The translations under genes were made by a program, and so were the position numbers. A stretch of DNA of 12,525 nt from Candidatus Altiarchaeota archaeon (GTDB taxonomy: Archaea; Altiarchaeota; Altiarchaeia; IMC4; SCGC-AAA252-I15). Under the pieces are notes generated by a model, which saw only the letters and a program-made list of their open reading frames with translations, made no database searches and had not been told where the DNA came from. The stretch covers positions 1-12,525 of the forward strand of contig JBDRLL010000004.1 of the NCBI GenBank assembly GCA_043813075.1. The letters run 5' to 3'. Positions 1 through 8,353 of this stretch are shown one piece after another (within the stretch, counting starts at the first letter, position 1; each line of letters opens with the position of its first letter).

Positions 1-1
1 A

Positions 2-58
2 ACAACCACCACACTCGAGGAGACGACCACAACCACAGTAGAGACGACCACGACACTC
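2..58 (+). repeat. Thr-rich low-complexity linker repeats (TTTTLEE/TTTTTVE/TTTTL) within the protease CDS
   Basis: Direct translation of frame 2 shows runs of ACN codons. Confidence 0.8.
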
Positions 59-2245
59 CAAGCCTTCACCCTCAGTGAAGAATCCTCGCGGAAGGCGGGC
101 TCTAGGCTGTTGGAGGAGCTTGGGGCTATGGGGGAGGATGATGAGGCGAGGATTGTGGTGAGGCTGAGGGATGACGCGAAATTGGGGAAAGAGCTTGCGG
201 GAATCAATGCAGGGGGCAGAGAGCTGGTTCAGGAGAAGAGGCTGGCGGCGATGCAGAAGGCTTACGGCAGAATCCAGTCTAACGTGCTATCCCGTATGGA
301 GGGAGAGGAGTTCAAGGCCAAACACATGTTCTACACTGCAAACGCGATGTCAGGCACAGCCAACAGGAGGGGCGTACTCAAACTCCTTGCGGACCCGAAC
401 GTGGAGTCAGTATCCCTTGACGAGCAGGCCACACTGGCCTTGGATGATAGTGTGCCTGTGATAAATGGGACAACACCCTGGAGCCAGAGCTATCTGGGTG
501 CGGGCTACACTGGGAAACACGAGACCGTGTGCGTCATCGACACTGGGATAAGGTACACGCACGACAACCTGGGGGACGGGTGGGGTAACAGAGTTTTGAC
601 AGGGTATGATTTCGGCGACTTGGACACAGACCCAAACGACCCCAACAGCCACGGCACCCACTGCGCTGGCATCGTAGCCTCAGACCACGCGACGTGGAAG
701 GGTGTTGCCCCTGAAGCCAACCTGATAGCAGCCAAGATACTTATGGCAGACACGTGGATCTGGATGAGCGACATCCAGGCTGCAGTGGAATGGTGCACCG
801 CGAACGCGACCAAATACAATATCTCGGTGATAACCATGAGCCTGAGTTCGACCACGAGATTCGACCATGAATGCGATGGGGGCAGTGAAGACGCGTGGGT
901 CCAGAACATGCGTGACGCGGTGAACGCGGCCTACGATGTAGGCATATTCGTCGTAGCCGCATCTGGTAACGACGCGGACCTGACTTCAACTGGCTCACCA
1001 GCATGCCACGATAATGTGACTGCTGTGGGAGCGACGTACGATGAGGACTTGGGTAGGCAGCCGAGCAGCGGGACTTACACGTGCGGGTGCTATGACGCGG
1101 ACGCGACGGTGGATAGCGTGGCCTGCTACTCCAACAGGCCCAGCTTCATTGACGTGTGGGCTCCGGGCAGCAGCATATACTCTTGCGGCATAAGCAGTGA
1201 CACGTCGTTCGTGTCGAAGGGGGGGACTTCCATGGCCACGCCGCATGTGGCGGGCGCCGCGGCAGTATTGCAGCAGTACAGCAGGGTGAGGAGGGGTGTG
1301 CCTCTCACTCCCGATGAGATTAAACAGCATTTGATTGCGTCAGGCAAGTCGGTGACCCGTGACGTGACGAAGCCGAGGATTGACGAGTGGAAGGCGATGC
1401 TTGACTTGGGGAACACCGCGCCTGTGCTTAACGAGACGAGCATCATGTTCGCCGCGTGCCAGGAGTATTATCTTAACGTGACGTACACTGACGCTGAGAA
1501 CAACACGCCGGAATTCATGAGAGTGGACATAGACGGCACCCAGTATGATATGACGGAGATGGATGCGAGCGACGTGGACAAGACAGATGGGAAGGGGTAT
1601 TATTATGACGCGAGCGTCACTTATGCGAGCCACGACTTATTCTTCACAGCGGGCGACGGATTCCTGAACGACACTACCGCAACATACAGCTTCAACATGA
1701 ATCCGACGTCATACCTCTCCAGCCCCTCATTCACGCCTGCCATGGCGGAGAGCTCTAAGACTTTCACATTCACGGTAACGTACACTGACTTGTGCGACCG
1801 CCCTAAGAACAGCATCAACGTCACCATAAACGGGGTCAGGTACGCTATGACAGAGTCCGACGCCGGCGACACGGACAATACGGACGGCAAGGACTATGAA
1901 CTGGACTTGACTGGGCTTGCAGTCGGCACTAAATCCCACTTCTACAGGTCTGTGAACGACCAGGGCATCGTGAATACGACCGGAGTCACCGTAGGCCCGC
2001 GTGTTAACGGTTCTTCCTCTTGCACGGGCGATAGTCCGCCTGGCGTTGGGAGTGCGCTGGACTGGACTGTGGGTCAGGAGACCATGTGTGTTGACTGCGC
2101 GTTCATACCGTCGACTAGCGGTTTGAGCGTGGTCCAGGACAGGCTGGTGCTCACTTCCGCTACAGTGTATTCGGAGCATGAGGTGGTCAGGCTGGATGGC
2201 GGGGCTGTGGTGTTGAATAATAGCGTGTTGGAGTTCATCGCGTGA
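2..2245 (+). CDS. S8 family (subtilisin-like) serine protease, probably secreted/surface glycoprotein; 5'-truncated at window edge
   Basis: The frame is open from base 2 (TTTTLEETTTTTVETTTTLQAFTLSEESSRKAGSRLLEELGAM...), so the ORF-track start at 110 is not the true start. Catalytic motifs: Asp VCVIDTGI, His HGTHCAGIV, oxyanion Asn ASGND, Ser GTSMATPHVAGAAA. A propeptide-like segment precedes the catalytic domain (…LLADPNVESVSLD) and beta-rich extra domains follow it. Confidence 0.93.
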   Translation, partial: TTTTLEETTTTTVETTTTLQAFTLSEESSRKAGSRLLEELGAMGEDDEARIVVRLRDDAKLGKELAGINAGGRELVQEKRLAAMQKAYGRIQSNVLSRMEGEEFKAKHMFYTANAMSGTANRRGVLKLLADPNVESVSLDEQATLALDDSVPVINGTTPWSQSYLGAGYTGKHETVCVIDTGIRYTHDNLGDGWGNRVLTGYDFGDLDTDPNDPNSHGTHCAGIVASDHATWKGVAPEANLIAAKILMADTWIWMSDIQAAVEWCTANATKYNISVITMSLSSTTRFDHECDGGSEDAWVQNMRDAVNAAYDVGIFVVAASGNDADLTSTGSPACHDNVTAVGATYDEDLGRQPSSGTYTCGCYDADATVDSVACYSNRPSFIDVWAPGSSIYSCGISSDTSFVSKGGTSMATPHVAGAAAVLQQYSRVRRGVPLTPDEIKQHLIASGKSVTRDVTKPRIDEWKAMLDLGNTAPVLNETSIMFAACQEYYLNVTYTDAENNTPEFMRVDIDGTQYDMTEMDASDVDKTDGKGYYYDASVTYASHDLFFTAGDGFLNDTTATYSFNMNPTSYLSSPSFTPAMAESSKTFTFTVTYTDLCDRPKNSINVTINGVRYAMTESDAGDTDNTDGKDYELDLTGLAVGTKSHFYRSVNDQGIVNTTGVTVGPRVNGSSSCTGDSPPGVGSALDWTVGQETMCVDCAFIPSTSGLSVVQDRLVLTSATVYSEHEVVRLDGGAVVLNNSVLEFIA
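1466..1903 (+). repeat. Two copies of a ~47-aa conserved core in the protease C-terminal region (about 1466-1609 and 1763-1903)
   Basis: YYLNVTYTDAENNTPEFMRVDIDGTQYDMTEMDASDVDKTDGKGY versus FTFTVTYTDLCDRPKNSINVTINGVRYAMTESDAGDTDNTDGKDY. Shared pattern VTYTD..V.I.G..Y.MTE.DA.D.D.TDGK.Y. Confidence 0.85.
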
Positions 2246-2256
2246 AGCTTTTATAG
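2245..2256 (+). promoter_or_regulatory. Putative archaeal TATA box for the 2280 ORF
   Basis: AAGCTTTTATAG ends 23 nt before ATG 2280, matching the spacing seen at other genes in this window. Confidence 0.5.
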
Positions 2257-2279
2257 GATAATCTGTAATATTTGTGAAA

Positions 2280-2552
2280 ATGTTTGAACTACAGCAGCCG
2301 TATATCCCGGTGTGTCTTATGACTGCCGCTGTGATGGGCACGGAGTACTACTATCACCTGCATACGATAAGGAGTTTCAGGGACAGGGTCATGCTCGGGC
2401 GGATGGGTGTTGCGGGCGGGCTTCTCGCCGACGTGTATTATAGTCTGAGCGAGCTGTCGTCCGACTTCGTGCACACCAACAGGTTCGTGAAGAAGCTGGT
2501 GCTCCACGGGATAGTCAGGCCTTTAGGACACGTGTTGGGGAAGCTGCTTTGA
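2280..2552 (+). CDS. Small stand-alone CFI-box-CTERM-like protein (90 aa; alternative GTG start at 2274)
   Basis: CLMTAAVMGTE...HLHTIRSFRDRVM...G.LLADVYYSLS..SSDFVHTNRFVKKLV...IVRPL resembles the CFIATAAYG...LR.FRD..L...G..FV..YY..SP...N..L...L.PL pattern of CFI-box-CTERM domains (recognised by eye). It has an upstream TATA and a downstream T-tract. Confidence 0.72.
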   Translation: MFELQQPYIPVCLMTAAVMGTEYYYHLHTIRSFRDRVMLGRMGVAGGLLADVYYSLSELSSDFVHTNRFVKKLVLHGIVRPLGHVLGKLL

Positions 2553-2566
2553 ATCAGGGGGCTTCC

Positions 2567-2574
2567 TTTTTTTT
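2567..2574 (+). terminator. Oligo-T (T8) archaeal-type terminator
   Basis: TTTTTTTT lies 14 nt after the TGA at 2552, in the gap between convergent genes. Confidence 0.6.
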
Positions 2575-2575
2575 A

Positions 2576-4096
2576 TTACTGTTTCTCTAACGCTTCTGTG
2601 ATGACTTTCCCGTCCATGTCCGGCTTGATGCCGAACATGTCGAGTACTGTGGGCGCCACGTCAACCAGGTCGGCTCTTATGACGTCAATATTCTTTCTTA
2701 CGCCAGGGCCGCTCATTATGAGCATGCCGTCTATCCTGTGCTCTCCGGTGTCCCGCCAGACGGGCTCCACCAGCTTGTAGTAGTTTAGGCCCCCCACTAT
2801 CCAGTAGTTTCCGTTGGGGACGATTATCACGTCTGGAGCCAGTTTGACTTGGCTGCCCTTGTATATGTCTTCGCGGCGGTAGATTTCCTTTATGACTTTC
2901 TCGCCGGTCCCAGGGTCTCTGAGGGTCTCGAGTTCTGCAATGAGCCTCTCCCTCTGCTTGTGGTATTCCTCCTCAGAGAGCTTCGGGTTCATGTATAGTT
3001 GGCCTGTGTAGTATCCGCACGTGAATACCGGTGTCTTGTCTGGGGAGTAGTCGATTTCGACTTTGGGTGGCTGCATGTCCGCCTTCTCCCCCTTGAAGAA
3101 TCTCACCAGTACTTTCCGTATGATCTCTGATATCCCGCTCTCCTTCATGAATCCTGACAGCCTGATAGTCCACATCGCCTTCTTGTTCTCCCACGTGTCT
3201 TCAGGTGTCATGAATCCCTTCTCTATGAGCCAGTGGTTTATGTGGACCCTGCTGTCCTGCCTGCCGAACCCGTGGTCTGAGAGCAGTATGACTGTGGTGT
3301 CTTCGCCGGCGGCGTCCACCATCTGCCCGACCAGCTTGTCGACGTGCTTGTAGTATTCTTCTATCGCGTTACCGAACTGGGGGTGCTTGTCTTCCATGTC
3401 GCCCCACAGGTAGTGTTGGATCCGGTCCGTGCCGGACACGAGTATCATGAAGAACTCCCAGTCAGGCTCCTTCTCCATCAGCTTTACTGCGACGTCAACC
3501 CGCTTGTCGGTGGTCTCGTAGAGGCTCTCCAGGAATTCCGGCTTCTCAGTGTTCATGAAGCCCTTCCCCTCCACTATGTATCCCTCATCCTCAAGCCAGC
3601 TCTTGTACTTGTAGGGTTTGACTGCTATGCCGGGGGACAGCAGGTCGCCGATGATCACTCCGTTAACGTCTTCGAGCGGGTAGGTCATGAGCACGTTCAT
3701 CACTATGACCTTCTTTTTGTTGTCTGACAGTATCCTCCAAAGCGTCTTCCCGTGCACGTCGTTGGCCATCGGGATGTATGGCTTGTATTCGCCGACATGG
3801 CACTGCTGGAATCCGTAGACCCCGTGCTGTCCAGGATAGTTTCCTGTCATGAAGGAGCTCCATGCCACGGGGGACACGTATGGTATCACGGAATGGAGTC
3901 TTCCCACAACCCCCTTGTCAGCCAGCTTCTTGATGTTCGGCAGCTTCCCCTGCTCCATCCAGGGTATCATGGTGTCGAGTGTCGCACCATCCAGCCCGAT
4001 CACGAGAACCCGCTTTTTAGGTGTTTTATTCTCCTTCACCGCACCCACGCTCGCAACAAGTGTGAATACCACTAGTACTGTTAGTAGCCTCTTCAT
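2576..4096 (-). CDS. Alkaline phosphatase superfamily protein (type I phosphodiesterase/nucleotide pyrophosphatase-like, COG3379-like) with N-terminal signal peptide
   Basis: Metal-site motifs IGLDGA, DRIQHYLW, LSDHG, GEHRIDG; putative Ser nucleophile in PYVSPVAWSS; C-terminal DVAPTVL…DGKV. The N-terminus MKRLLTVLVVFTLVASVGA looks like a Sec signal. There is no CxPxR sulfatase motif. Confidence 0.88.
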   Translation of the reverse strand: MKRLLTVLVVFTLVASVGAVKENKTPKKRVLVIGLDGATLDTMIPWMEQGKLPNIKKLADKGVVGRLHSVIPYVSPVAWSSFMTGNYPGQHGVYGFQQCHVGEYKPYIPMANDVHGKTLWRILSDNKKKVIVMNVLMTYPLEDVNGVIIGDLLSPGIAVKPYKYKSWLEDEGYIVEGKGFMNTEKPEFLESLYETTDKRVDVAVKLMEKEPDWEFFMILVSGTDRIQHYLWGDMEDKHPQFGNAIEEYYKHVDKLVGQMVDAAGEDTTVILLSDHGFGRQDSRVHINHWLIEKGFMTPEDTWENKKAMWTIRLSGFMKESGISEIIRKVLVRFFKGEKADMQPPKVEIDYSPDKTPVFTCGYYTGQLYMNPKLSEEEYHKQRERLIAELETLRDPGTGEKVIKEIYRREDIYKGSQVKLAPDVIIVPNGNYWIVGGLNYYKLVEPVWRDTGEHRIDGMLIMSGPGVRKNIDVIRADLVDVAPTVLDMFGIKPDMDGKVITEALEKQ

Positions 4097-4110
4097 CTTA
4101 TGTTTTCATA

Positions 4111-4138
4111 GTATATAAGTTCGGGGTTTATATACGTT
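4111..4138 (-). promoter_or_regulatory. Putative promoter (two TATA-like boxes) for the 506-aa AlkP gene
   Basis: The minus strand reads AACGTATATAAA (4138-4127) and CTTATATAC (4119-4111) in the AT-rich gap. Confidence 0.55.
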
Positions 4139-4142
4139 GAGG

Positions 4143-5396
4143 TTACCTGCTGGTCCTGTACTTCAACGCCAGCATCAGGAACATGACTGTGTATGATATC
4201 GTGCTCGTCCACGCGGCCGCGACTATCCCGTATTTGGGGAGCCACATCATGTTGAGTCCCACGTTGACTGACAGCCCGACGAGTGGCGTGAAGACGACGT
4301 ACAACGGCATCTGCTTGGAGGCGAAGTAGTTCATCAGCAGGACTTCTATGGAGATGAAGAATATCCCCGGTATCAGCCATATGAAGGGCTCCACAGACCC
4401 GGCGTATTCTTGCCCGAACAATGCGAGGAGTATGGGCTGGGCTGTGAAGTAGAGGAACAGGCACATGAACAGCATGAAGACCCCTATCACGAGGAGTACT
4501 TTGTTGGCGAACGGCTTCGCCTTGTCCTTGAGTGCCGTCGCCCTCGGGAAGAATATGAGCGCCACAGTCTCGGGGATGAGCTTCACCATGTCCGCCATCT
4601 TGGAGGACACGCTGTATATCCCGGCCTGGTAGGAGCCGAGGTAGTAGTTCACCATGATTATGTCGAACTTCAACACAAGGTATGTGAGCTGGGTGGCAAG
4701 GTAGACTTTGAATCCGTAGCCCACCATCTTCTTGAGGAATTCCGCGTCTATGGTGAAGCTGAACTTCTCCTTCAAGTATACGACTCCCCCATACGTGGCT
4801 GCGAACAGTACTTCGACTGCCACCAGGAAGAGTATCAGCTCCAGCACTCCGCCGCCGAGGAACATGAGTATGACCACGACACCCCCGACGAGGACGACAG
4901 CCCTCGCGAAAATCAGCAGGTTGTATTTCACGATGTCTTCGACCGCCAACAGCATGCCCTGGAAGAGCATGGTGAGTAGCGAGAACGGCAGGCTCGCCGC
5001 ATAGAATGCTATCAGGAGGAGCGTTATGTCAGGAAACAGGGAGGGTGATATGAGGTATACTCCAACCAGCATCGCCGCCATCAGCAGGCCCAGCACGCTC
5101 CCTATCGCTAGGCTGTTGCCCGCCGCCTGCCGGTAGAGGCTCCTGTCTGCGCCGACGAACCGGATGTTGCTGGCGTACAGCCCGAGGTTCCCGAACTGTA
5201 TCGCTATGGTTATCATCGCCACCAGCGTCGCGACTATGCCCTGGCCGCTGGGTCCGAGCGTACGGGCGACGACGATGAACATGAAGCCCATTATGAAGAC
5301 CGCGAACAGCCTGTTGAAGACTGTTAGGCCGCTGGATAGTGAGAACTTCTTGTTGAACTGGTCTATGAACGCGGGTATCTTTGACGTCATGCTCAT
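4143..5396 (-). CDS. Oligosaccharide flippase (Wzx/RfbX, polysaccharide biosynthesis protein family)
   Basis: 417 aa with about 12 hydrophobic segments. Family-type motifs ARTLGPSGQG, FGNLGL, KFDIIMVNYYLG…AGIYS, LFGQEY, LNMMWLPKYGIVAAAW. Confidence 0.88.
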   Translation of the reverse strand: MSMTSKIPAFIDQFNKKFSLSSGLTVFNRLFAVFIMGFMFIVVARTLGPSGQGIVATLVAMITIAIQFGNLGLYASNIRFVGADRSLYRQAAGNSLAIGSVLGLLMAAMLVGVYLISPSLFPDITLLLIAFYAASLPFSLLTMLFQGMLLAVEDIVKYNLLIFARAVVLVGGVVVILMFLGGGVLELILFLVAVEVLFAATYGGVVYLKEKFSFTIDAEFLKKMVGYGFKVYLATQLTYLVLKFDIIMVNYYLGSYQAGIYSVSSKMADMVKLIPETVALIFFPRATALKDKAKPFANKVLLVIGVFMLFMCLFLYFTAQPILLALFGQEYAGSVEPFIWLIPGIFFISIEVLLMNYFASKQMPLYVVFTPLVGLSVNVGLNMMWLPKYGIVAAAWTSTISYTVMFLMLALKYRTSR

Positions 5397-5399
5397 GTT

Positions 5400-6101
5400 C
5401 TAACCCCAGCCTCGGATTATGCCGTGGAAGTCTGTTATCTTCGGGTGGTCGAGGCCTGCCTTGTGGTTGAGGCTCCAGAATCCGTGGGTGCTGTGGTCTC
5501 CGAAGCGGCCGACCGCCTGCATCCCGTGGTCTGAGATCACAAGCATCTTTTCCGCCTTGCCGGCGGTGGTCTTCGCGAGGTCGTTGAATTCCTCGTAGAT
5601 TATCCTCATCTTGGATTCTATGCCGAAGCTCAGGTGGCCGATAACGTCTCCGGCTCCGAAGTATCCCATCACGATGTCGTAGTCCCCGTCCAACGCATCC
5701 AGGTATTGCTGTTTGATTTTCCTGTAGTGGGCGTAGACTATCTCGTCGAATTCCTCGACCGTGATCTTCTTGCTGAAGTAGTCTTTCATGCCCTGCCTCT
5801 CCCTCTTGTGCTGGTCGAGGTCTGAGTTGAATCCGGGCACGTCGAAAGCCACGTACTTCTTGCCATTGAAGAAGGTGTCGTCTTCACCGAGCTTGAAGCC
5901 CCACATCCTCTCCTTCCCCAGGTCGAGTATCTCCTTCTCACGGTTCCGGCCGGACAGGAATGAGCTCCATATGACTATGGTCCTCGGCTCCTCGAACTCG
6001 CTTATGTCCGTCATCCCGTAGGACTCCTGCATCAGATTCTTCAGACCGAATTTCGTAACGTAATCGTGTTCCAGCCCGTCGATGCCGAGTATCACGTCCA
6101 T
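5400..6101 (-). CDS. Short (233 aa) alkaline phosphatase superfamily protein, no signal peptide
   Basis: The true start is likely ATG 6101 (MDVILGIDGLE), with a TATA 22 nt upstream; the longer ORF-track start overlaps the SGNH gene. Motifs ILGIDG, putative Thr nucleophile PRTIVIWSSFLSG, DVIGH, ISDHG, GDHS. Confidence 0.82.
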   Translation of the reverse strand: MDVILGIDGLEHDYVTKFGLKNLMQESYGMTDISEFEEPRTIVIWSSFLSGRNREKEILDLGKERMWGFKLGEDDTFFNGKKYVAFDVPGFNSDLDQHKRERQGMKDYFSKKITVEEFDEIVYAHYRKIKQQYLDALDGDYDIVMGYFGAGDVIGHLSFGIESKMRIIYEEFNDLAKTTAGKAEKMLVISDHGMQAVGRFGDHSTHGFWSLNHKAGLDHPKITDFHGIIRGWG

Positions 6102-6123
6102 TCTTGAAATATTCGTTTCACCG

Positions 6124-6135
6124 TTTATAACCGTT
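6124..6135 (-). promoter_or_regulatory. Putative TATA promoter for short AlkP-flippase unit
   Basis: The minus strand reads AACGGTTATAAA, ending exactly 22 nt before ATG 6101. Confidence 0.62.
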
Positions 6136-7117
6136 AGGAGGTCATGCTGCAGGCCTTGAAGTATTCCGCCAGGTATTCCCCAACATACTTGTTGCCGTCT
6201 GGAGTCCAGTGGCCGTCCAGCGGCCGGTATGTCGTCCTCACGCCCTCTGATTCCTTCTCCAGCAGATGCTCTGCGACACCGGGTATGCAGGCCATATCCG
6301 CGGCCCTGCATATCTCCTCCTCCCTCCAAGTCATATTGTCTGTGCTGAAGAGGTATATTGGCGTGTCTCCCACCCTCTCGCGGACCATCATCATTATCCT
6401 CAGCGTGGTGTTGAATGCGTCGGCCTCTAGCTCGGGGCTTGCGGGGAGTATATCCTCTGCACCGCACCTCCTTGCCTGAACGTAGTTCTCGTACAGCCCG
6501 ACTATTGATTTGGCGGCCCTTGACTTCATCCTGACCCATGAAAGGGGTGTCGGATAACGGTATACTATGTCATCCCCCTCCAGGTAGGGTCTCGCATGCC
6601 TGTTGTTGCATGGATAGTATGCGGAGTCTAGCACGTGGTTGCTGTTCCTGTAGTCGTTCCCGCAGAACTGCCATAGTATCACGTCCGGTTTTATTGCATC
6701 ATAGTAGTCGTCTATGATAAGGTACTCCTGGAGTGGCCCGTATTCGGATGCGCCGAACACGAAGAATTCCATGTCATCGAATTCCTCCTCAAGATAGGCG
6801 TAGTATTCCTCCCCGTTCGGGGTCCACATCATGTGGGTGTAGGAGTCTCCGATGACGAGCATCTTCTTCCTGTCCGAATCCGGGTCGCCCCACCGTTTGA
6901 ATCCGCGGGTGGAGTATTCCACCGTGAAGTTGCGCACTACGCCTTCAGGATCCATGACGCTCCGTTTTTCACTGGTGTTTTCCTCGATGCCCCACCCGTA
7001 CCTGGTGACCGTAATCTCAGGCAGCATTATTCTGGCGGCGGCTTCGATCACTGCCAGACATATCAGTGAAGTCAAGGCCAGCAGGAGCATGTTCTTCCAG
7101 ACGCGCCTTGAAATCAT
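6134..7117 (-). CDS. Membrane-anchored SGNH/GDSL hydrolase family protein (AlgJ/AlgX-like esterase or acyltransferase)
   Basis: N-terminal TM helix ([22 protein letters not shown]), block I IGDSYT, block III FCGND, block V DGHW. The ATG overlaps the cysN stop (ATGA). Confidence 0.85.
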   Translation of the reverse strand: MISRRVWKNMLLLALTSLICLAVIEAAARIMLPEITVTRYGWGIEENTSEKRSVMDPEGVVRNFTVEYSTRGFKRWGDPDSDRKKMLVIGDSYTHMMWTPNGEEYYAYLEEEFDDMEFFVFGASEYGPLQEYLIIDDYYDAIKPDVILWQFCGNDYRNSNHVLDSAYYPCNNRHARPYLEGDDIVYRYPTPLSWVRMKSRAAKSIVGLYENYVQARRCGAEDILPASPELEADAFNTTLRIMMMVRERVGDTPIYLFSTDNMTWREEEICRAADMACIPGVAEHLLEKESEGVRTTYRPLDGHWTPDGNKYVGEYLAEYFKACSMTS

Positions 7118-8337
7118 TCTACGATTATCCCGCCTGCAGCCACGTCGTAGCCTTGGACTATCACGAACCTGCCTAGCTCCGGGACTTCATTGAAGTTTTC
7201 CACCACTATTGGCCTGACGGTCTTTATGACCATCTCGCCGACCTCGTTCTCGTTGAGCTGTGGCGCATCCTCCTCAAGGACTTCTAGCGTGGATGAGTCC
7301 AGCCTCCGGTCTATGGATTCTATGCCGCAGTCTACTTCCTCGGTGGCGAGCTTGATTGTCACCCTGTCCGTCTTCTTCAGCGGCTGCTTGCCCATCCAGA
7401 AGACTTTCGCGCTGACGGTGTCGGTGACTTCAGGCAGCCTTCCGTCGCATATGATGCTGCCCCTGTCGAGGAACAGCTTGTCCTTTATGGTGACTCCGAT
7501 GCTCTCGCCAGCCTCAGCCTCCTTCTTGCCGTCGTCCATGAACACCTTGATTCCCGTTACCTTGGTCTTCCTGGGGTCTGGGAGCACGGTGACCTCCTGG
7601 CCTTCCCTTATCCTGCCGGACTCGACCCTGCCTGCGAACACCCGGTCCCCGCCCACCATATAGATGTCTTGGATGGGGTATCTCAACGGCTTCTCCGTGT
7701 GGCGTTCCGTGTTCACGAACGTGTCCAGTGACTCTAGTATGCTCATGCCGTCGAACCACGGCATCTTCTCGCTCTTCCTGGCCACATTGTCCCCCTCCTT
7801 CGCGGAGATGGGGATGACGTAGGTTGGCTTTATGTTGATGGCCTCGAGGAACTCGAGCAGGCTCGCCTTAACCTCCTCGAACCTCTCCTTCCCGTACCCT
7901 ACCTTGTCCATCTTGTTGAGGACCGCTATCACCTGCTTTAACCCCAGCATGCCTAGTATGTAGGCGTGCCTCTTGGTCTGCTCCTGGACGCCCTCCTCGG
8001 CGTCGACTATGAGTATGGCGGCCTCGGCCTGGCTGGCGCCGGTTATCATGTTCTTCACGAACTCCTTGTGGCCTGGCGCGTCTATTATCACGTACTCCCG
8101 CCTGCCGGTCTTGAAGAAGGTCTGGGCGGTGTCGATGGTGATGCTCTGCTCCCTCTCCTCCTGCAGATGGTCCATCACGTAAGCGAATTCTATGTCGCGG
8201 CCCAGCGCCTTGCACGTTCTTTCAATCTCCTGCATCTTCCCCTCCGGAAGGCTTCCCGTGTCGTAGAGGAGCCTCCCGATTAGGGTGCTCTTCCCGTGGT
8301 CTACGTGTCCTACTATAACCAGTTTCAAGTGTTCCAT
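7114..8337 (-). CDS. cysN: Sulfate adenylyltransferase subunit 1 (GTPase), no fused APS kinase
   Basis: [36 protein letters not shown] and a C-terminal LGRF…AGGII. It is in the same operon as cysD. AGGTGA lies 7 nt before ATG 8337; the alternative start 8343 is only 1 nt from it. Confidence 0.92.
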   Translation of the reverse strand: MEHLKLVIVGHVDHGKSTLIGRLLYDTGSLPEGKMQEIERTCKALGRDIEFAYVMDHLQEEREQSITIDTAQTFFKTGRREYVIIDAPGHKEFVKNMITGASQAEAAILIVDAEEGVQEQTKRHAYILGMLGLKQVIAVLNKMDKVGYGKERFEEVKASLLEFLEAINIKPTYVIPISAKEGDNVARKSEKMPWFDGMSILESLDTFVNTERHTEKPLRYPIQDIYMVGGDRVFAGRVESGRIREGQEVTVLPDPRKTKVTGIKVFMDDGKKEAEAGESIGVTIKDKLFLDRGSIICDGRLPEVTDTVSAKVFWMGKQPLKKTDRVTIKLATEEVDCGIESIDRRLDSSTLEVLEEDAPQLNENEVGEMVIKTVRPIVVENFNEVPELGRFVIVQGYDVAAGGIIVE

Positions 8338-8353
8338 GCCCATTTCACCTTTT

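Noticed and set aside
110-112. TTG at 110 as start of the protease
   Set aside because: The frame is open to the window edge and no signal peptide follows this codon.
2243-2280. Frameshift/readthrough fusion of the protease with the CFI-box-like ORF
   Set aside because: The downstream frame has a TAA at 2259-2261, there is no obvious slippery site, and the small ORF has its own TATA.
2576-5396. Further LGY-like hits (WLEDEGYI, WLIEKGFM in AlkP; KKMVGYG in flippase)
   Set aside because: They deviate from the consensus and look like ordinary family-internal motifs, so they were not counted.
2576-6101. Calling the AlkP proteins sulfatases
   Set aside because: They have no C/SxPxR formylglycine motif, and their metal-site pattern fits the NPP/phosphodiesterase-like branch.
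6102-6539. N-terminal extension of the 379-aa ORF 5400..6539
   Set aside because: It overlaps the SGNH gene in another frame and has no family-like sequence. The AlkP motifs begin at ATG 6101, which has a TATA at the standard spacing.
7114-8343. EF-1alpha/EF-Tu assignment for the GTPase
   Set aside because: Operon context with cysD and CysN-type motifs ([15 protein letters not shown]) favour CysN.
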